Shown: in pieces, positions 8,572 to 18,378 of the stretch
How positions within the stretch are numbered: the stretch's first letter is position 1
Layout of the letters: each line of letters opens with the position of its first letter
Source of the DNA: a virus
Lineage: Duplodnaviria; Caudoviricetes
Direction: 5' to 3' (one strand)
Virus record (IMG/VR): IMGVR_UViG_3300036857_000084
Span: 1 to 56,265 of that record
Length of the DNA: 56,265 nucleotides
Program-made: the position numbers and the translations under genes
The notes under the pieces: generated by a model
What the model saw: the letters and a program-made list of their open reading frames with translations, nothing else
What the model was told of the DNA's origin: nothing
Database searches by the model: none

Positions 8572-10329
8572 ATGGCTGATACTGTTCTCACGATTCTGCG
8601 GTTGATGGGGCAGCGGTCCTATGTGTCCGGTGTTCGTGCTGCCTCTACGTCGCTCAAGGGTCTCGATGTCGCGAGCGAGGAAGCAGGTCTAAAGGCTCGC
8701 ATCCTCGGAGGTTCAATCGCCGGACTGGCGACGCCTTTCAACATCGCGACCGCAGCGGCCAAGCCATTGGTCGGTGGTCTCGTAGTTCTGGGAGCAGTAG
8801 CAGCCACGACTGGGCTGAAGTTTGATGCTGCGATGGAGCAGTCGCAGATCGGTATGGAAACGCTCCTCAAGAGTGGGGAGCAGGCCCGGAAGGTCGTCAG
8901 CAAGGTTACAGAGATTGCCTTGAAGTCACCGCTGCTAGATGTCGCCGAATCGATGATCTCGGTGCAGCAGCTGCTGGGCGCGGGCTTCAAGACGAAGGAA
9001 TCAACAATCGCGCTCCAGACGTTCTCTGATACATTGTCCGCTATGGGTCGCGGTCCTGAGCAGCTCTCGCGGCTGACGTATGCGTTCGCGCAGATGTCAT
9101 CCAAGGGGCAGATCAGCGCTGAGGAACTCAGAGGTCAGTTGGGCGAAGTGTTCCCAGCCTCGCGGTTGCTTGCTCGGGGTCTAGGCATCTCGATGAAGCA
9201 ACTCAACAAGGACATGAAGAAGGGAGCCATCAAGTCTGCGACTGCACTGCCCATCCTATTGCATGAAATGCAGAAGGAGTATGGCGGGGCAACGAAGAAG
9301 CAGGCCAAGACGTTCGCAGGCATGTTGAGCAACTTCAAGGAGAATGCTCGCTATACGCTCGGGATCATGTTCAAGCCCCTCTTCAATACGTTGAAGAAGG
9401 ACGTGTTCCCGGAGATGAACAACACGCTCAAGGACATCAACCGGATCTGGTCCTTGGACATGTACTCAACTGGTGAGAAATTCACCAAGACCTGGGAGGT
9501 TGTCTCGACAAGATTCGGACCCTTGGTCGATAAGATCAAGGACAAGATTTCAAGCATGGATCTGGGTGGCAAGTTGATGAATGCTATCGACTGGGCGCTA
9601 CCAAAGATCCTCGACAAAATGGGTGCATTTGCGCCCAAGGCCGCTAAGGCATTCGTCACGGCGTGGTGGCATGCAGGCATCTGGGCCAAGCTCTTCACCC
9701 TCGGACTGATAAGCTCAAAGCTTGGCCTTTTCAACATTCTTGGATCAAAGGCCGCAGCACGATTCGGTTCAGCCTGGGAAACTGCCGCAGCCGGTCGGCT
9801 CGGCGGGGCTGGCACAAAGACGAGCAAGATCGGCAAGGCCGCTACTCTCTTTGGTTCATTCCTTGGTAAGACCATAGGCGTTGCTGCTGCTGCTTATATG
9901 GCGATTGAAATTGCCAAGAGTGTTCCGGCTCTGAACCAGTACTCGGGCAAGAAGGGTTGGGGTGAACTCTGGAAGGATCTGAAGCATCGCGCTAAGCAGG
10001 CGACTGATTGGGTTGGTAGCGGAAGCAAGAACAATAGGAGTCCACTTTTGGGACCAGCCCCAAAAGGCAAGGCTGGACCATTTGGTGGGGCTAAGCCGCC
10101 CGGCAAGATGGCAGCTGGTGGTTGGGCCTCTGGTTGGAACTGGGTCGGCGAGCGGGGTCCAGAGTTGGTTCAACTTCCACGTGGCTCGTACGTCTACCCA
10201 AGCGGACAGATTCCTGCTCCGTCGCTCGGTGGAATGTCGTTCCACGTTACTGCGCCGATCTACCTCAAGGGTCGTGAGATTGCGCGGGCAGTCGCGACCG
10301 ATCAGAGCGACATCATGGCGAGGCGATAG
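8572..10329 (+). CDS. Tape measure protein
   Basis: AFAQMSSKGQISAEELRGQLGE tape-measure motif; MAAGG...WVGERGPELV near C-terminus. Confidence 0.92.
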   Translation: MADTVLTILRLMGQRSYVSGVRAASTSLKGLDVASEEAGLKARILGGSIAGLATPFNIATAAAKPLVGGLVVLGAVAATTGLKFDAAMEQSQIGMETLLKSGEQARKVVSKVTEIALKSPLLDVAESMISVQQLLGAGFKTKESTIALQTFSDTLSAMGRGPEQLSRLTYAFAQMSSKGQISAEELRGQLGEVFPASRLLARGLGISMKQLNKDMKKGAIKSATALPILLHEMQKEYGGATKKQAKTFAGMLSNFKENARYTLGIMFKPLFNTLKKDVFPEMNNTLKDINRIWSLDMYSTGEKFTKTWEVVSTRFGPLVDKIKDKISSMDLGGKLMNAIDWALPKILDKMGAFAPKAAKAFVTAWWHAGIWAKLFTLGLISSKLGLFNILGSKAAARFGSAWETAAAGRLGGAGTKTSKIGKAATLFGSFLGKTIGVAAAAYMAIEIAKSVPALNQYSGKKGWGELWKDLKHRAKQATDWVGSGSKNNRSPLLGPAPKGKAGPFGGAKPPGKMAAGGWASGWNWVGERGPELVQLPRGSYVYPSGQIPAPSLGGMSFHVTAPIYLKGREIARAVATDQSDIMARR

Positions 10330-11054
10330 TGCCTACTCGGCGAATGAATCCAACTCCATCCGGCGACGTTCAGCCCGGATATGTCCGGCTCTGGTGCGAT
10401 GAGCCTTTCTTGGATGCAACGGTGCGGCTGGCTGAGGATCTTCCGCATCTGACGACTGACGAGGGGCCATGGGATATTGTGCCCCGAGCGCAGCAGGTCA
10501 GTATGACGATCCCGAAGGGCATGGGGCCATGGCGTTACTCGTTGCCTATCCTTCTGGAGCATCCGGAAGGTTCCATGCGAAGAGTCATATACGCTGGACA
10601 AGAGGATCTCATCACTGCGATCAACCGTGTGTGGCGTGGCTATCAGGCTAAGCCGCCGGGCATTCTTCTGATCGAGGGCATCCCCGGGATCATTGATGAG
10701 ACTGAGTGGGTCATTGACACGATTGAGGAGGGCGACTACATCCGACGCAATTGGGACATGCATCGGATTCGGCAGCAGCTGACGCTCAACTTGATTGAGT
10801 TCATTCCGCCCGACTATGCGCCAATGGCCAAGCGTGCGACAGACAAGGGGCGCGGCAAGGTTGTGACCGTCAAGGTCAAGAAGGGTGATACGCCTGCGTC
10901 AATTGCACGGCGACGTGGCGTTTCTTGGACGGTGCTCCGAACGCTCAATCCCGGAGTCGTCACAAAGGCGGCTCAGAACCTGAAGGATGGTAGCAAGATC
11001 AGAGTGCCGGCTAAGCAGAATGTCAGCCAGCGCAAGTCATCGAGGTCACGATGA
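10329..11054 (+). CDS. LysM-domain tail tube initiator/baseplate protein
   Basis: C-terminal VKKGDTPASIARR.GVSW..L..LNP...L..G.KIRVP LysM. Confidence 0.8.
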   Translation: MPTRRMNPTPSGDVQPGYVRLWCDEPFLDATVRLAEDLPHLTTDEGPWDIVPRAQQVSMTIPKGMGPWRYSLPILLEHPEGSMRRVIYAGQEDLITAINRVWRGYQAKPPGILLIEGIPGIIDETEWVIDTIEEGDYIRRNWDMHRIRQQLTLNLIEFIPPDYAPMAKRATDKGRGKVVTVKVKKGDTPASIARRRGVSWTVLRTLNPGVVTKAAQNLKDGSKIRVPAKQNVSQRKSSRSR

Positions 11055-13210
11055 CTGCAGTCGTCACGCGCATCGCTACTGCTACCAAGTCCAAGCAATC
11101 TTGGAGCACAAAGGGCTGGGAGGCAAGCGTTTGGCGCAACGCTAATGACTGGCGCAAGTGGGAGCGCGTCGGGATGGCCCCGACGTACACGCTCGATGAT
11201 TTGGCACTTGAGTGGGTTGACAAGCGCGTTGACAATCTTGAGCTCAAGGGTGCGATCACATCGGTCAGCATGACGCGCTCGATTGAGCAGGCTACAAACT
11301 TCGTTGTTGTTGTGCGCGATCCCGAGGGGCGCATCTTCAATCGCGCAAAGGGCCGTGTCACTCCGCAGAAGACTAAGGCGGCAGCTGACATTGACATCGG
11401 CTGGCAGAAGATGCTCCCGCCGAACATGGTCGGGCGTGCTGTCGATATCTACGTTGATGACGTGCCATACCGGCTCTCCAAGGTCGGATACAACTACGGA
11501 ACCAGCGAAGTGAGTCTGACGTTCGAGGATCGGGTCATCAATTGGCTACGACGCAAGGGTGGTCGGACTGGTCACCCCGGGATTGAGCGCAAGGCTAGCC
11601 GCAAGTCAAGTACGCGGGCTGAGTTCATTCTCGCGTTGCTGCGCGAGATCAGGATTGAGACTGTTCCGTTTATCTGTCCTGAGCTTCACAAGAAGCAGCC
11701 GATCTCAAAGACCAAGACGGTTGACAACAAGGTCGTCATTCATGCCGATACGGGACGCTCAGGATTCTCAGGCACCAACCTGACCGTCAAGGATGAGCCG
11801 GCAAAGGTCGATCAGATCAGGAACGCGGATCACGTTCTGACGCGAGCGAGTCAGGCGGATGGGGCTGACAAGCGCAGCGTAACTGCCTGTATGGCTGCAG
11901 TCATTGTCGAGTCGCAGATCCGCAATCTGCGCAAAGGCGACAAGGATTCCCTCGGCATCCTACAAGTGCGAGTCTCGACATCAGGTTCTCGTGACAAGTC
12001 GCTAGACATTGACTGGTGCGTCGATCAGTTCATGACCAAGGGTTTCTGGGGCAAGGGCGGTGCCGTTGATGTCGCCAAGAAGCATCCCAATGAGACCATT
12101 GGTTGGATTGCGCAACAGGTCCAGGGCTCGGGTGTTCCTGATGCCTATGACAAGTGGTTGAACGAAGCCGAGGCATTTGTCTCAGCCTGGCAAGGTGGCG
12201 ACCTTCCTGACTCGACGGGCGGCACGTACAACAAGTCTTATCAGTATACAAGGGACAAGGAGGAAGACAGCTGGACGTGCATCCAGAGACTGGCTGATGA
12301 AGTGAATTGGCGTTGCTTCATGGTCGGGCGCGCCATGTACTTCATGAGTGAAGATGACTTGTTCCGGCAGCGTGTCCGGTACGTGATCTCTGAAGGTGAT
12401 CCTGCTTTCATCGACTTGGATTACGACATTGATTGGGGCAAGCCGATCAATGAAGCGACGCTGACCGTTTCGCTCGGGCAATGGGATGCTCCGCCCGGGT
12501 CAATCATCCAACTCGATAAGTTCGGCATCCCTGATGGTCGTTGGCTCGTGACCGACATCGACCGGGACTGGTACTCGCCGGTCGCACAGGTGACGATCAA
12601 GCAGCCGAGTGCAGCCAAGCCCGAGCCCGCATCTGAGCAGAACACGCGCAATGCTCAGGACACGAGCGATCCGTGGCTTGACGTTGATGCTGACTCGAAG
12701 GCCGGCAGGCTGTACACAGAGTGTCAACGAATCTCTGATAATGCAGCACCGTACCTGTATGGAGGTAGTCACGGTCCACCGCTCAGCCAGGTCGCCTCCA
12801 ACGACCGCATGGATTGCTCATCAAGTTGCTCGCTTGCTTTGTATCGGGCCGGCATGTTCAAGGGCACGACGGCAATCACATCCGGCACATTTGCGACATC
12901 TTGGGGCAAGCCGGGCAAAGGCAAGTATTTCACCGTCTGGGCGAATAGCGAGCACGTTTGGATCGAGTTCCACGGAGTTGGTCAAGCGTCGCGCTTCGAT
13001 ACATCAGGGCACGGAGAGGGAACAAGCGGGGATGGGCCGCATCTGCGGATGACGAAGCGGACCGATCAATCACGCTTCACGGCAAGGCACTGGGGCTCTG
13101 GAGTTGGCGCTTCTGACGGTGCGATCAATTTGCGCGAGCATCCGTCGTGGGTCGATAAGGATAGGCAGCTACCGCCTGGCGCTCGGCGCGGGCCGTTGCC
13201 TGGAGCATAA
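11051..13210 (+). CDS. Baseplate hub with inserted lysozyme-like domain and C-terminal NlpC/P60-like peptidase
   Basis: EDSWTCIQRLADEVNWRCF hub motif; VESQIRNL..GDKDSLGILQ...AQQVQGS..PDAY; PYLYGGSHG...DCSS...WANSEHV. Confidence 0.8.
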   Translation: MTAVVTRIATATKSKQSWSTKGWEASVWRNANDWRKWERVGMAPTYTLDDLALEWVDKRVDNLELKGAITSVSMTRSIEQATNFVVVVRDPEGRIFNRAKGRVTPQKTKAAADIDIGWQKMLPPNMVGRAVDIYVDDVPYRLSKVGYNYGTSEVSLTFEDRVINWLRRKGGRTGHPGIERKASRKSSTRAEFILALLREIRIETVPFICPELHKKQPISKTKTVDNKVVIHADTGRSGFSGTNLTVKDEPAKVDQIRNADHVLTRASQADGADKRSVTACMAAVIVESQIRNLRKGDKDSLGILQVRVSTSGSRDKSLDIDWCVDQFMTKGFWGKGGAVDVAKKHPNETIGWIAQQVQGSGVPDAYDKWLNEAEAFVSAWQGGDLPDSTGGTYNKSYQYTRDKEEDSWTCIQRLADEVNWRCFMVGRAMYFMSEDDLFRQRVRYVISEGDPAFIDLDYDIDWGKPINEATLTVSLGQWDAPPGSIIQLDKFGIPDGRWLVTDIDRDWYSPVAQVTIKQPSAAKPEPASEQNTRNAQDTSDPWLDVDADSKAGRLYTECQRISDNAAPYLYGGSHGPPLSQVASNDRMDCSSSCSLALYRAGMFKGTTAITSGTFATSWGKPGKGKYFTVWANSEHVWIEFHGVGQASRFDTSGHGEGTSGDGPHLRMTKRTDQSRFTARHWGSGVGASDGAINLREHPSWVDKDRQLPPGARRGPLPGA

Positions 13211-13212
13211 CG

Positions 13213-13545
13213 ATGCCTGATCTCGACCAACTCAACAAGCCGCGCACTCCGGGGATGGCCGCCGAGCGTGAGGTGCTTGAGGGCACACTCATTCAGAGCA
13301 ATGGTGACTTTTATGCCAAGGTCGATGATAGTCAGGCGTTGTGGGGTCCGTTGATTGGCGGCACCGAGGCAATGGTTGGGGCTGATGTGTGTATCGGCGT
13401 TGCGCAGACTGGCCAGCCGTTCGTGCTCTTTCCCTCGGCAGGCGGGACCGCCGCTGATTGTTGCACCAATGTTGATGGCGGCAAGCCTGATTCCGTCTAC
13501 GGCGGCATGTGTAACGTTGACGGCAACGGCGTGGTGAGGGCCTGA
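13213..13545 (+). CDS. Putative baseplate spike/assembly protein
   Basis: Follows the hub; short OB-like WGPL...GADV.IG segment. Confidence 0.5.
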   Translation: MPDLDQLNKPRTPGMAAEREVLEGTLIQSNGDFYAKVDDSQALWGPLIGGTEAMVGADVCIGVAQTGQPFVLFPSAGGTAADCCTNVDGGKPDSVYGGMCNVDGNGVVRA

Positions 13546-14180
13546 TGGCACAGATCATTCAGATGCGTCGTGGAACCGCCGCCGAGTGGACTTCAGCCAA
13601 CCCGATTCTTGCCGAGGGTGAGATCGGTGTTGAGAAGGATACTTTCAAGTGGAAGGTTGGCGACGGGGTTCAGCATTGGACGCCATTGCCGTACGTGACT
13701 GGCGCACCAGGTCCAGCTGGTACACCGGGCGCTCCTGGTCCGACAACAACTTGGAAGGGTGCTTACTCAGGCGTCACAGCGTACGCCAAGTACGATGTGG
13801 TCTCGTTCAGCGGCTCAAGCTATATGGCGAATGCCGCAGTGTCTGCCGGGACTGCTCCGCCAGCAGCACCTTGGGTCTTGATGGCGCAGCAAGGGGCGCA
13901 AGGCCCACAGGGCAATCCCGGTCCGGCTGGTATTCAGGGTGCGCAGGGCATCAAGGGCGACAAGGGCGACAAGGGCGATACTGGCGCTACTGGCGCTACT
14001 GGCGCCACCGGTCCTCCGGGCGTGCCACTCCGGACTGTAGTGAGTTTGCCCGACCCAGGCGTGGCTGGAGATATGGTTTTGTTCGATGGTACAGTTTGGT
14101 TCAACGACGGAGTGACTTGGCAGCAGGTCGGGACTGGTTCTGGCGGCTCCAACGCTTTTGCCTTCTTCATGGGGAGATAG
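13545..14180 (+). CDS. Collagen-like tail fibre with Mtd/hyaluronidase-type N-terminal domain
   Basis: IQMRRGTAAEWTSANPILAEGEIGVE.DT...K.GDG...W..LPY; G-X-Y repeats; WKGAY...Y...DVV module. Confidence 0.82.
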   Translation: MAQIIQMRRGTAAEWTSANPILAEGEIGVEKDTFKWKVGDGVQHWTPLPYVTGAPGPAGTPGAPGPTTTWKGAYSGVTAYAKYDVVSFSGSSYMANAAVSAGTAPPAAPWVLMAQQGAQGPQGNPGPAGIQGAQGIKGDKGDKGDTGATGATGATGPPGVPLRTVVSLPDPGVAGDMVLFDGTVWFNDGVTWQQVGTGSGGSNAFAFFMGR

Positions 14181-14182
14181 CA

Positions 14183-14524
14183 ATGTCAGAGAGTTACAGA
14201 GTTCTCAACCAGGTCACGGCGGCAGCAGCCAGTGGTTCTGGCTCGGTTGGAACAATGATCTACAAGGTGCCGAATGGCATGATGGCGATTGTCAAGTCGA
14301 TCATGTTCCTTCCCGTGACGGCGCTCCCTTGCTACATAACCAGCATCGCAGTTGAAGCAGTCAACCCGCAGAGCAGCTTTGGTCCGATCACTCTGGGTGC
14401 GGGCGAGTGGGCTGAATGGGAGGGCTCACTTGCTCTAGATTCGCTTGCCACATTGCGGGCATATCTGGCCAAGGGCGACACTTGCTATGTGACGCTCACC
14501 GGCATGGAGATGGATGTCCCGTGA
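14183..14524 (+). CDS. Minor tail protein
   Basis: IYKVP.G..AIVKSI...V.LTGME pattern; RBS GGAG; synteny. Confidence 0.6.
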   Translation: MSESYRVLNQVTAAAASGSGSVGTMIYKVPNGMMAIVKSIMFLPVTALPCYITSIAVEAVNPQSSFGPITLGAGEWAEWEGSLALDSLATLRAYLAKGDTCYVTLTGMEMDVP

Positions 14525-15522
14525 CGCTCAATATCTACACCAAGGACGGTCTGCGTAAGGGCTCCGATTACGTCCAGCAAATTGCCAATCTCGACATTTG
14601 GCACAATGTCGGAGATGCAGCAACTGGACTCGGGACAGCATTCGCTGCTAATAGTAGCAACTTTTCAGCAAGCGAGATGCCGGTTGGCTTCCGCAAAAGT
14701 CAGGATGGTCGGGTTCAGCTCAAGGGTCTTGCTACGATAGCAGCCGGTTGGACTAATACACTTTTTACTCTGCCGTTGGGTTACCGTCCGACAAAGGGCG
14801 TCCGCTTTGTTGTGCCAAGTTCAAATGGGCCGATCTTCTGGCAGGTTCTTGATACTGGCGCAGTAGGCTTCTCGGCAGTGACCGGCTATGCTTCGCTTCC
14901 TGCAGGGGCGTGGATTGATCTCAATGAGGTTGAGTTTGATCTCGAATCAGTTACGCAGTGGGCCGTTCCTGTTGGGATCTACACGCCGCCGCCTCTGGTC
15001 ACATCCCTCCCGACAACAGGACTGTACGACGGGCTAGAAGTGTACTACCTCGCGGATGCGGTGAATGGAGTCATCTGGCATTTGCGCTATCGCACCGGCG
15101 GCGGAACATACAAGTGGGAAGTCCTCGGTGGGAGCCCACTAGTGGCTGAGGTTATGTCAGGTATCTCACAACCAACATTTCAAACAGATACGTGGGGGTC
15201 TGTGACTGGAGACCCGACAATCGTCGCTGCGCTTGCCGGGGAATACAACTTGGATTGGACTGTTGGATCGTTTAGCGTGGGTGCTGGAGCGACGATGCTG
15301 ACTGGCGTTCAAGTAAACGGTGTTGATCCAGTGGTCGGGAATAATGCCTCATATCACTATATGTCTCTAGCCAATGCATCGGTCAATCTCAAGAATCAGC
15401 GCAAGGCACAAGTGAATGCCGGATCAACCATCAGACCGCGCTATCGGCATAATGGCGGCAGCCCATTGACGGTGTCGGTCAACTCCTTGAGTCTCAAAGC
15501 GATGCCTGTGAGGGTCGGATGA
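14521..15522 (+). CDS. Tail fibre/receptor-binding protein 1
   Basis: GRVQLKG...LFTLPLGYRP fibre motif; C-terminal half paralogous to the next gene. Confidence 0.7.
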   Translation: MTLNIYTKDGLRKGSDYVQQIANLDIWHNVGDAATGLGTAFAANSSNFSASEMPVGFRKSQDGRVQLKGLATIAAGWTNTLFTLPLGYRPTKGVRFVVPSSNGPIFWQVLDTGAVGFSAVTGYASLPAGAWIDLNEVEFDLESVTQWAVPVGIYTPPPLVTSLPTTGLYDGLEVYYLADAVNGVIWHLRYRTGGGTYKWEVLGGSPLVAEVMSGISQPTFQTDTWGSVTGDPTIVAALAGEYNLDWTVGSFSVGAGATMLTGVQVNGVDPVVGNNASYHYMSLANASVNLKNQRKAQVNAGSTIRPRYRHNGGSPLTVSVNSLSLKAMPVRVG

Positions 15523-16586
15523 GCCCGCTAACGATCTATGACTCGCAGGGCCGCGCCAAGCGCGTAAGTGTGACGAGTGGTCGTGCAGCGCCAATTGTCA
15601 AAGCACAGAGACTGACTGACTCTGTGGGGATGGCTGTTGGATACAACGGGCCACTTGGCTTCGACGAGCAGGTCGATACTGACAACTTTTTCAACAACCC
15701 GCGCTTTCAGCCGACGGTCGCTGGCTGGTATGAGCTCACAGTTGAGATTGTTCTCTCCGGTCTGGGATCTGGCGGTCAAGCAGAACTGTATCTCACACAG
15801 AACGATACTGCTGCGGCGAACACTCCGCCAGTTAGCGCTAGCATTCGTGCGTCGGACTACAAAGCAGCGCGCGCAGATGGATGGACTACTCTTTGGGTGA
15901 CTGCAGCGCTGTACTTCAACGGCACGACCGACTATGCTGAGATCAAGCTCTGGGTAGCGGTTGCCTGCGCACTTCGCGGTGGCGTCTATCGGTCGCAGTT
16001 CGAGGCATCTGGTATTACACAGCAGGGTCCGCCTGGTCCAGTTGGTTCGCCACCACGTGTAACATCGCTAACGGCAGGCGTCGGTGGGATGCCTACGATC
16101 ATCTCGGACGGTCTGGAAGTCTACTTTGTGGCTGATGTTGCCAACGGCGTTATGTGGCATTTGAAGTACAACGCGGGATCAACTAGTCCATACAAATGGG
16201 AGCTTGTCGGTGGTCCGCCGCTCGTGGCCACAGTTGTTGGTTCGGATACAGGTGCTGCCGATGGAACATTTCGTGATTATACAACTATCGGTCCGCAGAT
16301 CGTAACGCCACTCGCTGGTGACTGGGACATTGAGTCAATGGCAAATATATTCAGCGGCGTCGGCCAGAACGATCACTGCGTTGTCGTAAATGGGGTTCAG
16401 GAGAATGGACTCTATGCTCAAGAGTATACACCTGCAGGTTCTTGGGCCGTGACAGGAACTATTGTGTGGCGACGACTTGCTGCGGCATCCGGCACAACAT
16501 TCAAGATGCAGTACCGTGGGTCAGGTGGCGGGACAGGTACGGCGCGTTGGCGCGCACTTCGTATGCGACCGGTGAGGGTGGGCTAA
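15519..16586 (+). CDS. Tail fibre/receptor-binding protein 2
   Basis: RFQPTVAGWY...YFNGTTDYAE C1q-like module; shared DGLEVY..AD..NGV.WHL.Y...YKWE..GG domain. Confidence 0.7.
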   Translation: MSPLTIYDSQGRAKRVSVTSGRAAPIVKAQRLTDSVGMAVGYNGPLGFDEQVDTDNFFNNPRFQPTVAGWYELTVEIVLSGLGSGGQAELYLTQNDTAAANTPPVSASIRASDYKAARADGWTTLWVTAALYFNGTTDYAEIKLWVAVACALRGGVYRSQFEASGITQQGPPGPVGSPPRVTSLTAGVGGMPTIISDGLEVYFVADVANGVMWHLKYNAGSTSPYKWELVGGPPLVATVVGSDTGAADGTFRDYTTIGPQIVTPLAGDWDIESMANIFSGVGQNDHCVVVNGVQENGLYAQEYTPAGSWAVTGTIVWRRLAAASGTTFKMQYRGSGGGTGTARWRALRMRPVRVG

Positions 16587-16822
16587 TGGAACCTTTGGAT
16601 CAACTTGTTGCTTGGGGCTACCAGGTCGATCAGAGCCAGGAGGTTGATGGCGTTCCGATCTGGCACATTGCGGGCTACGGCATGAACACGTATGTGCGCG
16701 ATGATGATGCTGAGACGTTGGAGTCCTTGGCTAACGAGGAAGCGCACAACGATCGCAAGGAGCAATTCGAGAATCCGCAAGGACCTGAACTACCTCCGAT
16801 GATGGAGCCCAAGGATGGATAG
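16586..16822 (+). CDS. Hypothetical protein (possible fibre chaperone)
   Basis: TAATG coupling to the upstream gene. Confidence 0.55.
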   Translation: MEPLDQLVAWGYQVDQSQEVDGVPIWHIAGYGMNTYVRDDDAETLESLANEEAHNDRKEQFENPQGPELPPMMEPKDG

Positions 16823-17150
16823 CATTCCGCATCTCGCTTGGCCGATTCGTCACGTCAATGGCAAGTACGTGACTGTTCAACAGGACACCGATACGGAGGT
16901 TGCTGCATGTGTCGGAGTGATCGTCAGTTTCCGGCGTGGGTTCAGAATCGAGAAGCTGGACTTCGGCATCCTCGATCCCACGTTCGATACGCAGCCAATT
17001 GATACAACTGATCTTCAGCAAGCCTGTACGTACTTCGAGCCGCGCGCCAATGTGGATTTGGAGCAGTGGGAGGAGCCACTCGATCCAGGCCATGTCAACG
17101 TGCGATTGAGAGTCACGGTTCCGACAAGCGACGAACTGCCCGAGGAATGA
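16815..17150 (+). CDS. Baseplate wedge protein (gp25/W-like)
   Basis: PHLAWP...QDT..EV..CV...G.R....FGI.DP.F...FEPRA. Confidence 0.8.
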   Translation: MDSIPHLAWPIRHVNGKYVTVQQDTDTEVAACVGVIVSFRRGFRIEKLDFGILDPTFDTQPIDTTDLQQACTYFEPRANVDLEQWEEPLDPGHVNVRLRVTVPTSDELPEE

Positions 17151-17151
17151 A

Positions 17152-18378
17152 ATGTCAGATCAGACCGGATATGTCCGACTCGACCTGATCGGCGACTTCG
17201 ACTCGCTGGCGAATACGGGCACGGACTACATGACCGACGTGATCCCGGGTTGGGAAGCAAACCCGGGCAATCCCGACACGGTGATGATTGAGGCGTCCGC
17301 CCAGATGGGGGCTGAGGTCATCGATCAGGCATCTGAAGTGCCGCCTGAGGCGATGACGTATATCGGCACGACAATCTACAACATTCCTGCGCAGCAAGGC
17401 ACGCCTGCCGTCTGCCAGGCAACGTGTACCTTTGCCGTTGACACTCCGGCGGTCACCCTGCTAGCCAATACGCAGGTTGCGGTGCCGCATCCGTCGGGCG
17501 AGTCATTCATCTTCTTGACTGACCGAGATCTGATTGCACCGATGGGCGGTGGCGATCTGCCGCTACAGCTAGTTGCAATTGACTCGGGCATTGATGCCAA
17601 TGGCGCATTCGGCGTCTGCGACATCGTCGAGCAGGTTGACGGCGTTGAACAGATCTATGCCGAGACAGCAGTCGAGGGCACCGACCCTGAGACGGCAATC
17701 GAATATCTGAACCGGCTCTCGGACAGGCTCGGCCTCCTCAACACCCACCCAATCCTGCCAGAAGATCACGCGAAGCGAGCACGTCAAATCCAGGGTGTCA
17801 CTCGCGCAACTGCGATTGACCTCTACATGCCACCGACCAGCGCGAATCCCATTGGTGACACTGACGTACCCGAGTATGTGCCGGCTGGAGCCTCGAACAA
17901 GGCGCGCTGCACAACCGTGGCGATTCTCGGTCCTGACTTCGCAGCACCATCAGATGAGCTCAAGACGCTTGTCTACGAGGACCTGGACGCCAACCGTGAG
18001 GTGAACTTCCTCAACTATGTGATTGGACCGACTATCACGCAAATTGAACTTCAGGCCGTCGTTGTGCCTTATCCGGGGTTCAGCCATCAGGATGCGATTG
18101 ACGGCGCAACGGGAATGGTCATGACATGGCTCTCGGTCGAGAACTGGGGCGCGCCGCCCGGCGGCGACCAGCCGATCGAATGGGCGAACGACAACACCGT
18201 CTGGTTGTATGAGGCCGTGGATTGGCTCAACCGTGGTGCCGGCGTCTATCGCGTCAAGTCCGTGCAGATGCGGATTCCGCCCAATGCCTACGCGGCCGCA
18301 GACATCGTGCTACCGGGCATCGCGCCGATTCCGACAATCGACGAAGCCCACATCCACATCACGGCAGAAGATTCATGA
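17152..18378 (+). CDS. Baseplate J-like protein
   Basis: GTDPET..EY..RL...GV.RA motifs; synteny. Confidence 0.88.
   Translation: MSDQTGYVRLDLIGDFDSLANTGTDYMTDVIPGWEANPGNPDTVMIEASAQMGAEVIDQASEVPPEAMTYIGTTIYNIPAQQGTPAVCQATCTFAVDTPAVTLLANTQVAVPHPSGESFIFLTDRDLIAPMGGGDLPLQLVAIDSGIDANGAFGVCDIVEQVDGVEQIYAETAVEGTDPETAIEYLNRLSDRLGLLNTHPILPEDHAKRARQIQGVTRATAIDLYMPPTSANPIGDTDVPEYVPAGASNKARCTTVAILGPDFAAPSDELKTLVYEDLDANREVNFLNYVIGPTITQIELQAVVVPYPGFSHQDAIDGATGMVMTWLSVENWGAPPGGDQPIEWANDNTVWLYEAVDWLNRGAGVYRVKSVQMRIPPNAYAAADIVLPGIAPIPTIDEAHIHITAEDS

Noticed and set aside
8268-8579. ORF-track 103-aa protein as the second tail chaperone
   Set aside because: Wrong frame; the -1 frame from the slippery site gives the protein-like sequence
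13545-16586. Diversity-generating retroelement suggested by the Mtd-like N-terminus
   Set aside because: No reverse transcriptase and no TR/VR pair with adenine-specific differences was seen
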